Source: Pseudovirgaria hyperparasitica (taxonomy: Eukaryota). Taken from it: a stretch of 64,000 nucleotides of DNA. Below the pieces are notes generated by a model. That model did no database searches, had not been told where the DNA came from, and worked only from the letters and a program-made list of their open reading frames with translations. How positions within the stretch are numbered: the first letter of the stretch is position 1; each line of letters starts with the position of its first letter. Position numbers and translations under genes: made by a program. Positions 61,599-64,000 of this stretch are shown one piece after another. The stretch lies in NCBI GenBank assembly GCA_010093815.1, contig ML996581.1; one strand, 5' to 3'.

Positions 61599-61949
61599 GA
61601 TAGATATACACCATCATGCATTCACGCGCACATGAGTATCATTCCATTCCGAACCTAAACACAGCTCAACAGCAGCGCAAAACAAGCTACCGTCCCGCCA
61701 TCCGTAGTCCACAGTCCAGCAAGTACGAATATCCGACTTCAAACGTCCGAAACCATCCGATCCGATGCGATCCCCGACCCGAACCGAGACCTCAAATCTA
61801 AGCCCTCCTACATAATACAATCCCCACGAGCAAACACTCTGAATATAGGCATAAAGCCGATGCGATGTGCTGCTGATATAATGTGCTTGTGAACATGCCG
61901 TGAATATGCCTGTGTATGATACGATCCAGCCAACCAACCAAAACCCCCC

Positions 61950-64000
61950 TCACACAGCAGTCTCCGTCTTGACAACAACCGGCGCGGCCGCCTGTGCAGA
62001 TGTGCCGTTTGCGAGGCCGCCTGCTTGCTCTTCCTGCACCAGGACATGCGGGCGCCACTTCTGCAGCACTTTAGCGGCGCGGGCCTTTGCGCCTTCGTAG
62101 TTGCGGTATAAGTCCTCGATTGCGTCGATGCAGAGGTCGCGTACGGGCGGTCTGGTGATGATGCAGTATCTGTGATTTTACCAAAAGTCAGTCGCGGAAC
62201 GAGGATTTGGTGAAATGTAGGGTAATAAGGAGAGAAAAAGAGAGAGAGAGGAGAGAGGAAAACGTACAGCAGTGAAGTCACAACCATGTCGACGCGCTCG
62301 GGATCTCGGGCCAGGTCTTTGACGGCATCGATGACGTCCTTTTCCAGCCCGGGGATCTCGCCCATGAAGCGGATGAGCACGTTCTTGTCCTTTGCATCCA
62401 GATACGGCAGGATGCCGTTGAGCAGCTTCATCGTCCAGGCGCGGTAGTTTCTCGACACCACCCTGCCCTCGTGCTTGTTGATCATGAAGTCGCCGTACCA
62501 CTCCTCTGTCAGCCAGGCGATGGCGACGTCGATCCGTCGGCGGAAGTCTTCGACAACGTAGTGCCACAGATCGTCGCGGATCGAGTTCGAAATCGCCTCA
62601 GGCGTCACGGAGGAGGGCTTCTTTTCTTCGCTTTTCACGGCGTTTGGTGCTGCGCTTATGCCGGCGCTTGCCCTTGTGGCCAGGCGGACGATGATTGTCA
62701 CCCATGAATTCCGGTCGTAGCTGCTGGCCGCCAGCCTGTTGAAGCCTGCTTTCGGCGCAGTCTGGCGTGTGCTCGGGCTCGTGGAGCTCATCACGCCAAA
62801 CAGGCGCTTCGCCGTTGCCTTGCACGTTTCAGCAAGCTGTAATTCAGAGAAAGGCTCGGGGGGAGGGAGTTTGAAGGTTCCTAGAGATATAGGAGCCTGG
62901 TCTATACCTCTTTCTTCTGTAGTGTCAAGTCTGTTTGCAAGCTGCTCGGCATCCTCGGGCGGCTGGAAGTCGGGCTCGTATTCATCGTCATCTTCAGCCA
63001 TGGCCTGTTGTTTCGCCGCTTGGGCGGCCATTGCTTGCTGCCGTGACTTGCCCAGCTCTAGATATTTTGTGCGCACCAGGTTCAGTGCATTCTGAAGCAT
63101 GGTTTCGTCCACTGCTTGTAAGAGCGGAACAGTTATCCGCGCGACGGTGTCTTGAGGGATAGCTGTCACGTCGAAGGATTTGATGATGGGGTCTTTCGTT
63201 ATGCCGAAAAGCTGCGCATACGTCATGGTCGTCGGGATTGGGGTGATCTCAGGGGGTTTCGTATTTTCTGGAGCCAGCTTCTGTCTCTTGGTCTGGTCCA
63301 CACCATTAGTGGGCTCGACTGGCGCTGATCGCTTCCGAGTGCTCTCGAAGTACTCTATTCGTGCACGTTGCATCCGCTCAATGTATTGCTGTATTCGTGG
63401 GTTCATCGGATTCTCAGGGGATCTGAGACTAGTCAGCGGAAACATCCTGAACATGTAATCTTACACAAGTCATACTTCTTCATCGAGTTCACTAGGAGCG
63501 CCCTCGTTGTCTTCTCCACCGATTTGACCACCAGTTTGCTTCTCGACGTCACAGGGCCGCTCACAAGCTTGACCGGATGGAAGTTGAGCACCTGCGTTAT
63601 TATCTTGTTCGCAATCGATGCCCGACTTCGAATGAGGCTTCCTAAGCTATTCAGTGTTGCAGTCACAAGCAGTGGGTCACTACCAGCCGTCAGCGTCCGT
63701 TCTCTCCATGCTATTTGTCCAACAGACCTGATGTCTTCTTGTAGTGTGCCGAGCAACCGGTCAAGGAGACCGGAAGCCTCTGCTTCGAGGTTCGAGGGGA
63801 TCAATATTGGGTGGTCGCGAGGCACGAGCGCAAGGGAGATTTCGTTCAGGTCAGGCCGCTATATCCAAACGTCAGTCACCGTGGACGCTGGCGAGAGCTT
63901 GACTTGATTACGTACCCGGGGATCTTTTATCACGCCAGGCGTCTGTGTCTGAACAACTCGTTGCACGAACTTGATGCAGCATATCCGAACTCCAGGCATC
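61950..64000 (-). CDS. PTA1: mRNA cleavage/polyadenylation scaffold Pta1 (symplekin family), 5'-partial
   Basis: CIKFVQRVVQTQTPG, LEAEASGLLDRLL, KSVEKTTRALL, GFNRLAASSYDR, DFRRRIDVAIAWLTEEWY, LARDPERV; last exon YCIITRPPVRD...ETAV* ends at 61950. Confidence 0.9.

Noticed and set aside
61294..61658. ORFs encoding (CV)n or (HT)n peptides
   Set aside because: Translations of the CA microsatellite across an N gap; not genes.
61808..62270. C-terminal extension of the 548-aa PTA1 ORF
   Set aside because: Read-through of an intron (about 62171-62267); the real last exon is in another frame and ends at 61950.
30347..64000. Co-location of IPA1-like and PTA1 (both linked to 3'-end processing) as a functional cluster
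   Set aside because: 30 kb apart with many unrelated genes between; likely coincidence.
1..64000. tRNA, rRNA, CRISPR arrays, intact transposase or RT genes, telomeric repeats
   Set aside because: None recognised by eye; tRNAscan-SE and a repeat library search would be needed to exclude short or decayed elements.

Overview
Gene-dense, intron-containing DNA from a filamentous ascomycete (Pezizomycotina-like: mostly ~50-60 nt GT-AG introns with CTRAY-type branch points, a Zn2Cys6 factor, TpA-rich RIP-like tracts). About 31 apparently intact protein-coding genes and 2-3 pseudogenes are readable. Bases 1-17 kb are accessory: an orphan multi-pass membrane protein, a secreted GH27, and a cluster with no PKS/NRPS backbone (ABM-barrel protein, MDR pseudogene, enoyl reductase-like MDR, SDR, Zn2Cys6 TF, germin-like cupin, NmrA-like protein). 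Bases 17-53 kb are mostly housekeeping genes (CitE-like, TVP23, NNR2, TAF7, PWP1, IPA1/UBE3D-like, STT3, ENV7, ERG26, a UBC, TRS23, RPN10, Borealin-like, RRM protein, PEX5), interrupted by a sulfotransferase-like pseudogene, an intronless AGAT-type amidinotransferase, an APH-like kinase-fold protein and two orphans. Bases 53-64 kb hold a divergent cytosolic-type leucyl-tRNA synthetase bracketed by RIP-like DNA, an atypical protein kinase, a long (CA)n tract with an assembly gap, and the 3' part of PTA1/symplekin. The most striking element outside the ORF track is a candidate box H/ACA guide RNA in a 384-nt intron of the IPA1-like gene, whose first pocket matches the U2 snRNA Psi42 site (snR81-like). 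All calls are by eye; no searches were run.
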